A DNA stretch of 64,000 nt. Origin: Eledone cirrhosa (lineage: Eukaryota). The translations under genes and the position numbers were made by a program. The first letter of the stretch is position 1. Every line of letters starts with the position of its first letter. This document shows positions 1 through 13,046 of the stretch, in pieces. The DNA is taken from the NCBI GenBank assembly GCA_964016885.1, contig OZ024742.1, positions 99,572,001-99,636,000 of the forward strand, read 5' to 3'. Below the pieces are notes generated by a model. It ran no database searches and was not told the DNA's origin. It was given only the letters and a program-made list of their open reading frames with translations.

Positions 1-3000
1 TTCAAAATACCATACTATTAAAAAAATACTAAACTTAACTGATAGTAGCCCTGATTCTGGTTGATAGAAGGTAAATGTTATTTTCTAAGTAGAAAATTTG
101 CAGAGACCTCGATGGTTCAGCTTGGTCACTTCATATGTATGTATGTGGAATGAGTGTGGCCCAATTGGCCTCAGTAGTCTTAGAAGCCATCATAGAAGTA
201 ATTATAGAAGCTATGTACAAAATGTTGTCGATTATGGTCTCTTTGGTATTCCTTTCTGTCTGAAGAGTGGCAAACAATGTGGCTTTTCCGGTGGACCCCA
301 ACGACATTTGGTTCCCTGTTTTGTTTCAGGGAGTTTTCAAATCTCATCAAACCATAACAGTGAACCAAAGTGGAGGTAATGTTCGTCCCTGCAGCATATG
401 CAGAAAGGAACGTAAATCCTTGGAGGACTAAAGCTTCATATTCATGCCACCCATGTTTGTGAAGGGTGTCAGGTAGTGACAATGCTTGAAATCGAGATGG
501 AGCAATCATGTATGTAGGTATGCATACAAGTATGTATGTAAGTATGGATGGATGGTTGGATGAGCGGATGGATGGATTAATGGATGGATTAAAATATGGC
601 GCAATGTTTAAGCTCACTTTAAAATCCAGAGGTCCAGGGTGCGATCTCAATGCATGCATCTTGAGCCAGTGTATTTCATGAAAGCTTGTGAGTGAAAATA
701 GGCAGACATAAACATTGTGGAACCTTGTGGAACCGACTGTGCCGGTGTAATTCAAGCGTCTAAGTATGTCCCGGTCTGCATGAGCTTTGACTTATGGATA
801 CACGTGTCTGTGAAGGAATCTCATTAGTTCAATATGATTTCAATTTGTATTTCTTTCTTTCTCTCGTTTCTTTCTCTATTTCTCTGCTTTTCTAACTTTA
901 CTCCTCTTTCCCTCTTTATTGCTATCTTTCTCTCTTTCCTCTCACTTCTTATCTCTTTCTGTCTCCCTTTTTATCACAAGGCTTGGCCTTTCAATTACAT
1001 ATACAATCTATCTGATGGGACTTAACTATCTAATTTCACTCGCAAGATTTAGGCCCTCCTGCAGCTATGGTAAAGACTTAATCTATTCGAGACCTCTAAA
1101 CAGCCGATTTCTTCCAGAAAAAAAGAGAGAGAGCGGGGGAAAGGAAATGATATGTTGACTTCGGTATATTTTGAATTCCAAACGCATTGAGCGGTACAGT
1201 ACGGCAAGGCAATCTACCCGATATTCTAACGGCTTTGCCAATTCGCCGCCTCGACCATTTTTACATTCTGTCATTTACAGATACTCTATGCAGAAGAACA
1301 TTATTCAATATTCAGATAAGCTTTAAGATGATAAGCTATGATTTAATATTTTAAATATCCGAATTATTTCTCAGATAATTGATGTATTTCCGAAGCCACG
1401 GGTTACTCTTGAATCCACGTGCACTTCAGCTATGACTGTCCAGTATTTTATACATAAACACCAACCAGGACTAAGTTATACAATATAATATTATCATTTA
1501 TTACTTAACGGAACTTTCTATTCCCCCAAGTGTAATACACAAGAAAGTATAGGGATAAAAGCTGTTAAATTTATGGCAACAAATGCTCAACACACATTTT
1601 ATATTTCTGTTTTTCTATGATAATTCCATTTACATGGAGGATACGTTACCAGAATATAATCAGAAATCAATACACATGAGCTTCTTTACTTTATTGACTA
1701 CTGTAGGATAAAAGGCAATGTTGACATCGGTGCGCTTTCAACTCAGAATTTAAGGACCGTAACTAAATATTGCAATGTTTCAAACTCAAATGTTTTGCCA
1801 ACGATACCGACTTAAATATGTGTATCGTATAATACCGGTGGTATTCCATAAGACACTGAGACTGCTTAAATGGAACCTTAATCTGCAGGAGCAGTAATAA
1901 AATCTCACTTATACCCAGGCATACACACACAAACTCACACACAACCACATACCCGCATGTATTTAAACACACACAGAAAAAACAAGTGCACACACTCACT
2001 CGAAGAGCGCAGAGAGTAAGAACGAAAAGCGTAAACTATTCTATCTGACGTTTTAACTAATTTGCCAATTCGCCGCCTAGTTACTGTATTACCTGTACAA
2101 ATAATTTAATTATCCGCGCGCTCACGTCTGAAGTAAAGGTATTCTTATAATTTAGAGATTCACGTTCAACTATTTTCGCATTGAACACAAATTATCTTCA
2201 GTTCCGTCTGGCTTCAATCATTGAAATTGTTGTTGTATGTGTGTGTGCTTTATGTATGTGTTTTTTTTTTTTTTGTGGGTATGTGTGTTTAGGTATGGAG
2301 TAAAGTGTAGCGTGGTGGTTCAAATGTTTCATATCTGTCTTATACATCTGATAAATCTTGTTTGGATGTCACTGTCCAATATTTCATTGGATCACTGCCA
2401 CTATTCTAGAACTATCGAAGTTTGCCACTTGCTGCCTTACCACTGTTGTTACTGTCAACAACTCCACCAGCTATCTTACTACCATCACCACCGCCACTAA
2501 TATTGCCACCACCACCACCACCACTACTGCCGATACCATCAGCAGTCACCTCTATACCCGCCACCTTCAACACCATTGCCGGCAATCAACATTGCCAACG
2601 CCACCATTGCTAATCACCAAACCCAATGTTAGACATCAATATTTACTGTCATATTTCTGTGCTCAGAACTGAAACTACGTTGGAGCCAACTTTACTTTTT
2701 ATTCCTCCAGGATCGACAAAACGAATACCAGGTAATGTACGAAGGAACCATTTTTAGTAAGGCTATGTCTTTATGCTAATATGGTAAATCAATTAAAATT
2801 AATGATTTTTACGCTGGCACAAAGTCATGTATCAGCTGTTGTTATTTAGTTGCAAGTGATCTCAGATTTAACAGACCAGTAATCAAATGTATTCCAGTCA
2901 TGACTACATTTCTTTATTCCAGACCGTGAATTTAATATTATATTATCCAATATTTTTTATAGCGATAGTGTTTAATTTGGTGGCAATTTATCAGCTGTTA

Positions 3001-3133
3001 CTTGTAGGGCGATTGATTACGAAAGTTCTGTCTCATTATCTCATATCCACTATTTTAAGTGGTGTGAATTATTCAACTGACTTTCTTACAGCCTAGTATT
3101 GGGTCCAGCGACACCGAAATGGTGAAAATCATA

Positions 3134-3318
3134 ATAATTGTTTCTACTTTTGGCACAAGACCAGCAATTATCCCAGTGTATTACTGGTACTTTATTTTAT
3201 CGACCCCGTAAGGATGAAAGGCAAAGTTAACCTCGGCGGGATTTGAACCCAGACCATAAAGGGCCGTAACTCTTTGCTGCAAAGCATGACGTCCGACCCT
3301 CTACCGATACTGCCAATC
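3134..3318 (-). mobile_element. tRNA-derived SINE (family 1), near full length
   Basis: Matches the other copies (B-box GTTCAAATCC, GCCTTTCATCCTTACGGGGTCGATAAAATAAAGTACCAG core, AAAGTAGAAACAATT end); TSD aatcataataat at 3127-3138 and 3315-3326. Confidence 0.9.
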
Positions 3319-3899
3319 ATAATAATGCCGACCAAAATAAGCGTTGGCCTAAACTAAGATATGGACATGCTGATACAAAATAGAATTTTCTATAAAGTTA
3401 TTCTTGAACTGTATAGATTTCATTGCCAGATTAAATACATATGACACGATCAAAACATCGACCAAGTTGAACTCACTTAATGACCGTAGCAGCGTCTATG
3501 TGGTCTCTCGGCCTTTCCATCCTATGAAAAATACGTTATCCATTATAATTCTACATGCGGAGCATGAAAAACGAGAGACGGAGGGACAAAGCCAGCATGT
3601 ATTTGACGAAAATTACAAAGGATATGTCGAATTAAGAAAAGGGATTTAACTCCGTACACGATTGTTTGTATAACTACACCACACATCAGAGAAACAAAGA
3701 CCACACATCACTACTAATATTGATCGGCAATGTATGGCTGAATAGAGAGAAATAATTAACCGTTAGCCCGATATCCCACCACATTGTGTAAACTACATCA
3801 CGCTCACACACGCATTACTGATAGCAAGTATGGAGGAGGACTTCTTATACGAAGTCACCGGATTGTCTGCCAGAAAATTTTGATCGGATGTCGGATTCC

Positions 3900-4990
3900 A
3901 GCTAAACCCCAAAGTTTTGCTGCGATTGTTCGTGCATGCTTGTACCGCAAGTTCACGAAGGAGGACTTATTTCAAATCCAGCTTTGTATGCCTCCTTCTT
4001 TGCTCGGGTGGCATCTTAAACTTGTTAATTGAACCAAGGTGTCCTCCTGCCATACGGCGCCACTCAAAGCTTCTTTCACCCACTACATTTAACAGCTGAA
4101 ACGGAAACACTGATCTGAACAATCTCCACACTGTTTCACGTCCTCTATTTGGTCTGAGATTTCTAGTTCTCTGAATGTGGATGCAATAGTATCTGCCTAT
4201 ATTTTCCTGACTTCCCTACCTACCAATGCATCCTGCATTATCTTGTAGATCGACATGGACCAACCAGTTTTGGGGGCATATTTGGCTTAAGGTTTCAGAT
4301 ACATAGACGACGATCAATTGAGAGCTCAGCCCCTCATTAAACACGAAGATCCAGCACAGAATCTAAGTTTAGAGACCTGCATATTTATTGATGTCTCTGT
4401 GTTGGAAGATGGTGTTCATAATAGAGAGTCCATTGCTATAGCAGAAATCTAATAAGGCCTCTCCATTCTTATTTAGATGTCAGTTGATCTGTTTTAACGT
4501 GAACGTGTGCATTGAAGTCTCCCATGAGGATACATGAGGCAGTTATAACTACATCTAACGCTGCAGGAACTTTGTCAATAAAGGATCTGTATACAGGCTC
4601 CTTGTTTCGTGAAACTTGCACCACCCACAGAGATCTATCTTTTAGCTTGAGATCAAGGAGGCAAATTCTCGCTGCTAATGGTATCCAGTACATAACATAT
4701 TAAGACCGGTGGGGTCTTCTGAGTATACCCACTCCTGCCTGTGCTGTCATTTCTTGCGCCACAGTTAAATAGTGGAGTTCCCAAACTATCCAAATCTACA
4801 GTACCAGATCCACAGACATATGCGGAGGAAACACCAGCTATATCTAGCTAGTAGCATCTAGCCTCCTCCACTAGTTGCTGCTCCTTACCTGTGATTTTCC
4901 AGATTCAAATTGTCATGGTTTGCTATCTTCTGAACCTTTTTTTGCGTCCGTCCCACACATCCCAGGACACAGTAAACTCGCCAGTCTTTA
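3900..4990 (-). pseudogene. Degraded RTE-clade LINE, APE endonuclease and linker region
   Basis: Minus-strand translation gives SCILMGDFNAHV (APE motif) and RRTPWFN..DATRAKKEAYKA; many stops and frameshifts. Confidence 0.75.
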
Positions 4991-5149
4991 CGCATGAACT
5001 GGAGACGACAATATATTTTACGAATATGCCCCTCTACCATAGGCCTGAACGCGTTCCTCGTTAACCCACGTGAAAGACGATGGTCTATAATTCTTTTTAT
5101 TTATTTCTTACCATATTGCAATGTTGATGGTCTTATTCGCGTCTGTCAC

Positions 5150-5500
5150 GAATCTGTTAAAAACCTTAAATGCGTTTTCTGGTTGACTCGTGTGTGCCGA
5201 GTACCATGGATGTCCGGAAAGGCAATGGTGTAACGGGAGTGATAAAAAGGGTGACAAGAGAGATTGCTCCACTTATAGAGGGATCTTCTTGTTAAGCCTC
5301 CCCGGTAAAATCTAGTCTAAATGCCTGGCAAAGAGATGTAGGCAAATTGTGGAGTCCATGCTAGCTGGTGAACAGTGTGGTTTTCGTCCCGGACGCAGCG
5401 CAGCAGTCCAAATATTCATACTGCAGCACGTCTTTGAAAAATCGTGAGAGTACTGCCAAGAGACGTATTCTTGCTTTGTAGATCTCGAAAAGGCATGTGT
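5150..5500 (+). pseudogene. Degraded RTE-clade RT N-terminal fragment, inverted relative to the endonuclease fragment
   Basis: Translates to KGDKRDCSTYRGI..LSLPGK..EQCGFRPGRS..QIFILQHVFEKS..CFVDLEKA (RT subdomains 0-3). Confidence 0.75.
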
Positions 5501-6648
5501 TTACTATAGATAATAAACATTTTAGTGTAGTTGTTTTTGCATTATAGAGTGGACATTATGAGTTGTATAGGTTAAGTGTAACTTCGAAACAGCTGGCGTT
5601 TAAATGAGATTCAAATTTTACCGCAAACTATTTTTTTAAATTCAGAACTCTTCCGGAAGCACTCAGTTATTTGATTATGAGAATTACGCAATTAATTATT
5701 TTTAAAAGCGACCTTTTCAATAAAAACTATCAAGATTTGATAGGATGGTTTCATCTGATATATTCAAAATATACATTCCACTGAATCATTTAATCCCATG
5801 CTGATGTTGATTAGACCATTCCTAAAAAATTTGGGTGCCAAACTAATTTGCCATGGAAGAAAAGAAATTGTTTCGTTTGTAATACGGGGGGGGGGGGGTG
5901 TATGTAGGTTTTTGATTCGTCTCTGTATTTACTTTTACTGTACGCTATCCTCATGGTTAGTTGTTTCACAATTAGGATCGATATATGTATTAACAGAAGT
6001 GAGAAAATATAAGTAAATGAATAAATCCCTAACCGCTGTTGTCCCAGAGTGACCGCAGTCTGATGAATGAAACCAGTATATATGTAATGGTATATACCTT
6101 TAGAGTCAGTAGAATAGTGATCTTTTATCCCAAGTTGGAAGAAATGCCGTTTTTATATCCTCTTATTTTGAATTATTTCAAAGAATTAAATGTTTTAAGA
6201 CTGATAGACAGTAATGTTTATAGTATTGATACACAAATACGATATAGAAGGGTCAAAGGTGTTTGCTGAAGTGGGCTTAGTAAAGATCGCATATTTGAAA
6301 TACGTGTTACTTGTGTTTCTAGCTAAGTTGCAATACTTTTAGCAATAGTATTTTTTTCTTTTAAGAAGAAAATATTTCTCTTTTATTGGAATATTAGTGA
6401 CTTAATTAGATAGAAATCTGTATTATATGTGTTAGTTTAGCACATATAAGTTGTTTTATATTTGTTTTGTCTAATCGTGATTATTTTAATAAAATTCTAA
6501 TAAAACAATTCATAATAATTAATTCTGGTGAACAAATACGATAATGTTATTGATGAAACAATATTATAAACAAAACTAATTCTGAATAAACAAAAACAAA
6601 CATAAAAGGATTTCAAAAAAACACTAACATCAATTTCTGTCCAAATTA

Positions 6649-6772
<124 letters not shown>

Positions 6773-6852
6773 GGAGTGAGTGAGTGAGTGTGTGAGTGAG
6801 AAGGAGAGAGAGAGATGTAAAATCCCGATTGCGGCGCCAAGCGGTTTCGGCT

Positions 6853-6883
<31 letters not shown>

Positions 6884-6969
6884 AAAAGGTGAACAGAAAT
6901 GACAACACAATCGGTACAGTATATGGAAGGAATATATAAGGTTACCGCTTGAAATAGCAGGAAGAGGGT

Positions 6970-7003
6970 CTTAACGTTTCGGACGCTAGTCCTTCATCAG
7001 AAG
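6970..7003 (-). ncRNA. Minimal type I hammerhead ribozyme motif
   Basis: Minus strand reads ctt CTGATGA a GGAC tagc GTCC GAA ACGT T aag: intact core, stem II, palindromic stem III and a 3-bp stem I. Confidence 0.75.
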
Positions 7004-7505
7004 AAAGAATGAGAAATAAGATAGATTGAAGGGACAGGTGGGTTGGAATTGTAAAAAAATAATCAATAATATGTAGGAACGAGATGTTGAAGAAGTATCA
7101 TCATTACGTCTACTCGGGTGTGACGCGCGTCTCGCGATTCATCAGCTCAATATTAGATCTATATCGATCCAGCTCGACACTGAAATTAATAGACCATTAA
7201 CAAAACCTAGAATCTTCCGAGCTCTTTATTTCAGAGTCTTTTCCGATCGATACGGTTCGAACCTTGAAAGTATCGATCGATAATCGCGCATCACACTTGA
7301 ATAAACTCAGTGATACTTTGACTCCTCCTTCGTACTTATTATTAGTATTAAAATCTGCTTATGAAGGTAACCGAACATAGTACAACACCAAACGTACTAG
7401 ATTCGGACGGACCCACCTATGCATCGAGTGCTTAAGTTGGTGAACCAACAATAACTTAAGGTTAGAATCCATTAAACTATATATATTTATACATTATATT
7501 ATATT

Positions 7506-7635
7506 TAGGCGCAGGTATGAATGTATGGTTAAGGAATTCGTTATGCAACCACACAATTTTGCTTTCATATCCATTGCGTGAAAAATAGTGTTATCTACTG
7601 TAGCATCTGGTTGATCAATGACTTGTGAATGAAAC
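7506..7635 (+). mobile_element. Degraded tRNA-derived SINE (family 2); other copies at about 17405-17565 (-), 24605-24690 (+) and 28740-29100 (-)
   Basis: Starts aggcgcaggtatgaatgtatggttaag. Resembles, from memory, the common octopus SINE aggcgcaggagtggctgtgtggtaag; the copies resemble each other. Confidence 0.6.
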
Positions 7636-8170
7636 AAATTTATTCTGATTGAAATAATATAATTACTGATAAAAATATTGCCACTGAACTAGAGATAGAT
7701 ATTAAGCCTGAAATAATTATAACAGTTGAAACATTAATGATCATATGCCGAACATCAAACATCTTTTAACTGAATTTATTAATCCACCCAAAAGCATTTA
7801 AGTGTCATTCCTTGAAATCAAACAAAATCCACGTGTATATACATATGGAATACTTTACGTTTACTAATACATTGGTTTGATATTATCTAGGATAAAAGAA
7901 AATGTTATTTCTTCTAGCTTGACATAAAAAAATCACTTACTATACGATCACAAAACATATACGTACTGCTAAGTATTTATTACAAACTCAGGTATTAATG
8001 TTAAAGTAAAGTCTTAAAGATATTTCCATAACAACTTTATTGGATCAAGTTGCTGTGTCCTGTGACAGTAGGATGGGGGAAAATGCCTCAGCTGACAACA
8101 GCGACATTTTTAGAATGTATATTTGAAATACTCTAACACTGATGGTTTTATATCGAGATAACAGATTGTC

Positions 8171-8356
8171 TGGTTTGGCAGTATCGGTAGAGGGTCAGAC
8201 AACATGCTTTGTATCACACAGTTACGCCCCCTTCTGATCTGAGTTCAAATCCTGCAGAGGTTAACTTTGCCTTTCATCATTACGCTGTCGATAAAATAAA
8301 GTACCAGTAATGCACTGTGTAATTGCTGGCCTTGTTCCAAAAGTAGAAACAATTAT
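8171..8356 (+). mobile_element. SINE family 1 copy
   Basis: Same head, core and tail as the other copies. Confidence 0.88.
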
Positions 8357-9354
8357 TTGTAACCTTAACACCTAAATAACTAAGAGATTCCGTGAGATTC
8401 TCCATGATCTTTACAAAAATCTAGGTTAATCTATCGGAACAGTTTATTTCAATATCGTCAGCTTCCTTCATATTGCATTTAACCTAGATACTTTGCAATA
8501 TACCAAGTGCAAAACAAAAACACAAACAAACAATATTCATCAGTATTTACAAATTACTGAATCACCTCAATGGTTTATTCCGAATACTACTATTTCTTTT
8601 CTGCTTAAAACTATCTACTTTATCTGTTACTGAATCAGGACATCCAATTTACAACGAAATAAACAACAAAAGTGACTACTAAATAAATATAAAATATAAT
8701 CTAAATACAGATGTAACACGTATAAATTATAGAAAGAGATAAATGGAAAGATATCCTGTTCTGTTTAATTGTACAAGGTGTAACAGTACTAGCAACACAT
8801 TTATTTCAAATTCCAACCGAAGCATTTCTCTAAACATCACAAATTCGATAATCTACTTAACCCTCTAAATATTAAATTCTTTTATAAAATCACGCAGAAT
8901 TTTGCATAAACATTAGAGAATTCAAATACTTTGAACATATTTCTATTTTTAATTAAATCGACACCAATAACTGTTAACTTAAATGAAATGTTCAGTTCAA
9001 ATGACAGAACTAATATACCAGGTTTAATACCAACTAGAACTCAACTGCATATATAACTTTAACTGCAAACTCTTTTTTTAAAAAACGATCTTATCAACAT
9101 AGAAGTATATTTAGAAGCCAGATCAAGAATATCCGATAGCTTGTTTTTGAGCGGTATTTTGGATTTAAAGTCTATGAAAACACCATTAGTATAAAAATAG
9201 AAACTTTTCTTTTATATTTTGCAAACGAATAAACAATAAAACCCGTATCAGTTTTGCACATCTGAATCATATGAAGTAACATTCTGCAGTTTTCAGTTAA
9301 TTGACATACAGAATTTCTCTTGATTTATAGAATGGACACACACACACACACACA

Positions 9355-9393
<39 letters not shown>

Positions 9394-9416
9394 TGATCGT
9401 TTATTATTTATCGATA

Positions 9417-9606
9417 GGGCGGTGGATTGGCAGTATCGGTAGAGGGTCGGACGCCATGCTTTGGATAATTTAGTTACAGCCCTTGTCATTCTGAGTTCAA
9501 ATCCCGCTGAGGTTAACTTTGCCGTTCATCCTTACGTGGTCGATAAAATAAAGTACCAGTAATACACTGGTAATTGCTGGCCTTGTGCCAAAAGTAGAAA
9601 CAATTA
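9417..9606 (+). mobile_element. SINE family 1, full length
   Basis: gggcggtggattggcagtatcggtag...agtagaaacaatt; TSD attat(t/c)tatcgat at 9403-9415 and 9603-9615. Confidence 0.92.
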
Positions 9607-10069
9607 TCTATCGATCTCTAATGTGATATTTATGCTCCGAGGTTAGTCGAACAGTTTTTTGTATATGATCTATTTCTAGCGTTGCCACTGACCGCATTCA
9701 TCCTATTGAAATCTGAAATGTTATTCTTACTCTACTGGTGGCTTTAGTAATGGATGGCCTCCCGTTTTTGAGATCTAATATATGCCTGAAGTTATAAGTT
9801 GCCCAATGGTGATTGCTTCACTATTTACCGATGGTAATCAATGTTAATTTCCTGCCATGAAATAGTACCATATAGATTTCATAAAAGTTTAGTGGCATTG
9901 TAAATATAATACTTATACTTGTTCTCAAGAAAATATTATATATGTGGTTTTCCATGATATTGGCAGTGTGCAAGCGCTCATAGAGATATCATAGGGCTGC
10001 ATAATCTTTATATTATATATCGATCACTTTATCTATCTATATATATATGTATGTATATATGTATATATA

Positions 10070-10156
<87 letters not shown>

Positions 10157-10217
10157 GTTATATAGTAAGGTGTATTATTGGTTGTGTAAAACGGTCCAAT
10201 AAATGTTAGTTACCAAT

Positions 10218-10408
10218 ATTAAGTTCTCCACGCTTTTGTATATCTCCAAATCCATTCAAGGGAACAGCTAGATGATGTAAAACGGAGTATAAGTATCAAA
10301 ATGAAAATCTGAAGGCAGGGTAGAATTCCAATCATTTTAATCCCGACACATGTTTCAATAAGAGATAGATCGATCGTAAAGCCATGATCAATTATCACTG
10401 ATCTCATA
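10218..10408 (-). mobile_element. PLE 3' terminal (pLTR) fragment; 10293-10408 duplicates 11308-11421
   Basis: About 115 bp near-identical direct copy; it ends inside the hammerhead core. Confidence 0.65.
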
Positions 10409-10414
10409 TATATA

Positions 10415-10937
10415 TTTTTTCTAGGGCGGGTAAAATTCCCGAGATCCATGAACGAGTTCTCTCCAGCGGTCTCTGTCCATCATTATCGCTGCCATGTCCT
10501 GCGTCTCCAACAGACCAGTGTCTGTCCTTAGGGCATCAACACACGTTAAACTTGGCCTGCACCCCCACCCAGCGTGTCCACGCAGGTGCCGCCACAGGAG
10601 CACCAAGCGCAACGCCAACCCCGGTTGCAGCGAGCACGCCTAGCCAACCCCAGTCTCCCCCGTGTCAACCCCGAGCTGACCCCTGGGAGGCTCCCACACA
10701 GCCCCGTGCCCCTCATCCCCAGTGTATACGTACTAATATCCAGAGCCATTCCCAGCACTCTCGTGCAGCATCCATCCACCATCCGAGCGAGCCTCCCGGT
10801 CAGTGTCCAAGTCCCAGACCTGCATAGCAGCACAGACACCACCACAGCAACGAAGAGGCGGACCCTCAGGTCTCCATGAAGGTCCGACCTCCACCCCGAC
10901 CCCAAGCCTGTTGGGAGTGCGGGGGATGGTGTGGTTG

Positions 10938-10941
<4 letters not shown>
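10415..10941 (-). mobile_element. 5'-truncated RTE-clade LINE copy, A-to-G hypermutated
   Basis: The C-terminus [35 protein letters not shown] is near-identical to 43735-43855. The upstream part reads SVLLCRSGTWTLT / DGCCTRVLGMAL, which are RTE motifs altered by A>G changes. Confidence 0.9.
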
Positions 10942-10980
<39 letters not shown>

Positions 10981-11156
10981 GAAAGGTATAGAAAACATAT
11001 ATATATATATATATGTATGTATATATATATATATATGTGTGTGTGTGTATATATACATATACATATATATATGTGTGTGTGTGTGTATGTTTTATGTATT
11101 TCCGTAGAAAAGTTAAAGGAAAGAAGAGTGCTCTATGTATAGTACAGAACTATTTG

Positions 11157-11232
<76 letters not shown>

Positions 11233-11246
11233 ACATACACACACAC

Positions 11247-11307
<61 letters not shown>

Positions 11308-11312
<5 letters not shown>

Positions 11313-13046
11313 AAATGAAAATCTGAAGGCAAGTTAAAATTCCAATCATGTTAATCACGAGACATGTTTCAATAAGAGATAGATCGATCGTAAAGCCATG
11401 ATCAATTATCACTGATCTCATCAGGTGAAAATAAATTATCTTCAAATTCTTGATATGAGGGAGAAAATTAGCAATGTTCCCTCACAGAGTTTATTCTTTC
11501 ATATGAAGATCCAGTACTCAGAAATAAGGCGACTGCTATCATCTTCAGTTAGGGTCATAAAACTGTCAAATCTCCATAGATGCAAAGGACGCTGGAAATT
11601 AATCAGATCTGTAGAAATACAGTCGGTCACAGTTAATGTGAGTGGGTACACAGACACTCAACACACATACACACCGGCTCGAGGTCAAACATAAAAAATA
11701 TATATATTATATATATATATACACATATCAACACAGCATCAAACCTCTAGAACCATAGAAGGTCACAATTAGTGTGAGTGGGTACACACACACTCTCACA
11801 CACACGGAAGCGATGTCATAGAAAAAAAACAACAAATATAAGAAGAATATACCAACACAGCACTCACCGAAAGTTCGTTTACAAAACAACAAATGCTACA
11901 TTGGTCAAATCTCCATTTGACCATGTAAATTGGAAATATTGGGTTAACCACAGCCCCATACACATACATACACACACACAAGCAAGTAAGTTCAGTTCAG
12001 TGTTCTGTTATACATGTATAGATTAAATTGTAACATCCGTATATTCAAGTGTATGTTATGGTATATACACATCCGTATCGTCCCAAAAAGTGTATGTCAT
12101 GTATATACACATCCATGTGAAGAGCAAGCAATCAGCTCATATCGAACTCAGTATGTACCGCTGTCCCATTGAGAGTCTGAGTCCCCAGAACCGTGCATGT
12201 AAGCAACCGCAATGTAGGCCAGTAAGGGGCTCCGTGTAGGGTTGGGTATTTGGGTTATTGTGTCAGTAGTGCGATTTCCGGTCGAATGGGCCCTTGGGCT
12301 TTTAAGATAGGTGTTTGAGTGGTGGAGGTTTGTTATCCAACACAAAAGGTAAAGTAAATAACAAAGGATAGCAAAACCCAGAGGATGTGTGTAGGCCCAT
12401 TATTTGTGTGTATTATTGTTCAATACGTAACTGTGAGCACTCTATGGTTAGATGGTCACGGATCAAAACCTAGTGTAGTGTTCAATCGGTAGGAACGTGA
12501 CCAGTCGCAACTGTGGGAACTCAATGTCTAAAGAAAACTGTGTGGGTACTGTGTGTAGAATTATGTATAGAGAGCGTAATCGGTCCTAACTAGCTATAAC
12601 CCAACCGAGAGAACTCAATGGTTAGGGTATCTTCAAGTAAAGGTAGATGCGCGTAATCAGTCTTACCTGAGTGTGTAATCAATTCTAACTATTTACTAGC
12701 TAGGTATTCTAAAAGTGTACTCAGCCGTGAGAACTCTGTGGAAACAAGTCAGGTACCGTTTGTAAGTGTGAAAACAATCTTAGCCGTCTAACTACCTGAG
12801 TGTGTGACTGTCTGTTTATTGAGAGAATTCTATGGCTAAAGTAGAGAGGGAGGAGTTAGTGGTAGGTTACCTTCCAAAAATCCTGCGGAAGGTTTTCGAG
12901 GTTCTATGTTGGCGATTGCTGAAAAAATCTGCTCTCCTATTATTTAATAGGGGGGCACCTTTAATAATATTAAAGGTTTCAGCTACACATAAATTGCAAA
13001 CACCAGTGCTGCCGTTATAAGGCTGGGCTGAGCAAATTATGGACCA
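11308..13046 (-). mobile_element. 5'-truncated Penelope-like element: GIY-YIG C-terminus, long 3' region, hammerhead
   Basis: 12867-13046 translates WSIICSAQPYNGSTGVCNLCVAETFNII..LLNNR (PLE endonuclease end); hammerhead at 11355-11428 on the same strand. Confidence 0.7.
11355..11428 (-). ncRNA. Minimal hammerhead ribozyme motif
   Basis: Minus strand: TCAC CTGATGA [imperfect stem II] GAA A catgtc T C GTGA; stem I is TCAC/GTGA. Confidence 0.65.

Noticed and set aside
98-755. ORFs 98-379 and 180-755 as host exons
   Set aside because: No recognisable domain; the longer ORF runs through GGAT/GTAT simple repeats.
7093-7318. CTGATGA on the minus strand near 7140 as a hammerhead
   Set aside because: No downstream GAAA or stems; the region looks like an old element with decayed inverted ends.
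10552-10879. Pro-rich, GC-rich ORFs or a CpG-island-like exon
   Set aside because: The GC richness and open frames come from A>G hypermutation of an RTE copy.
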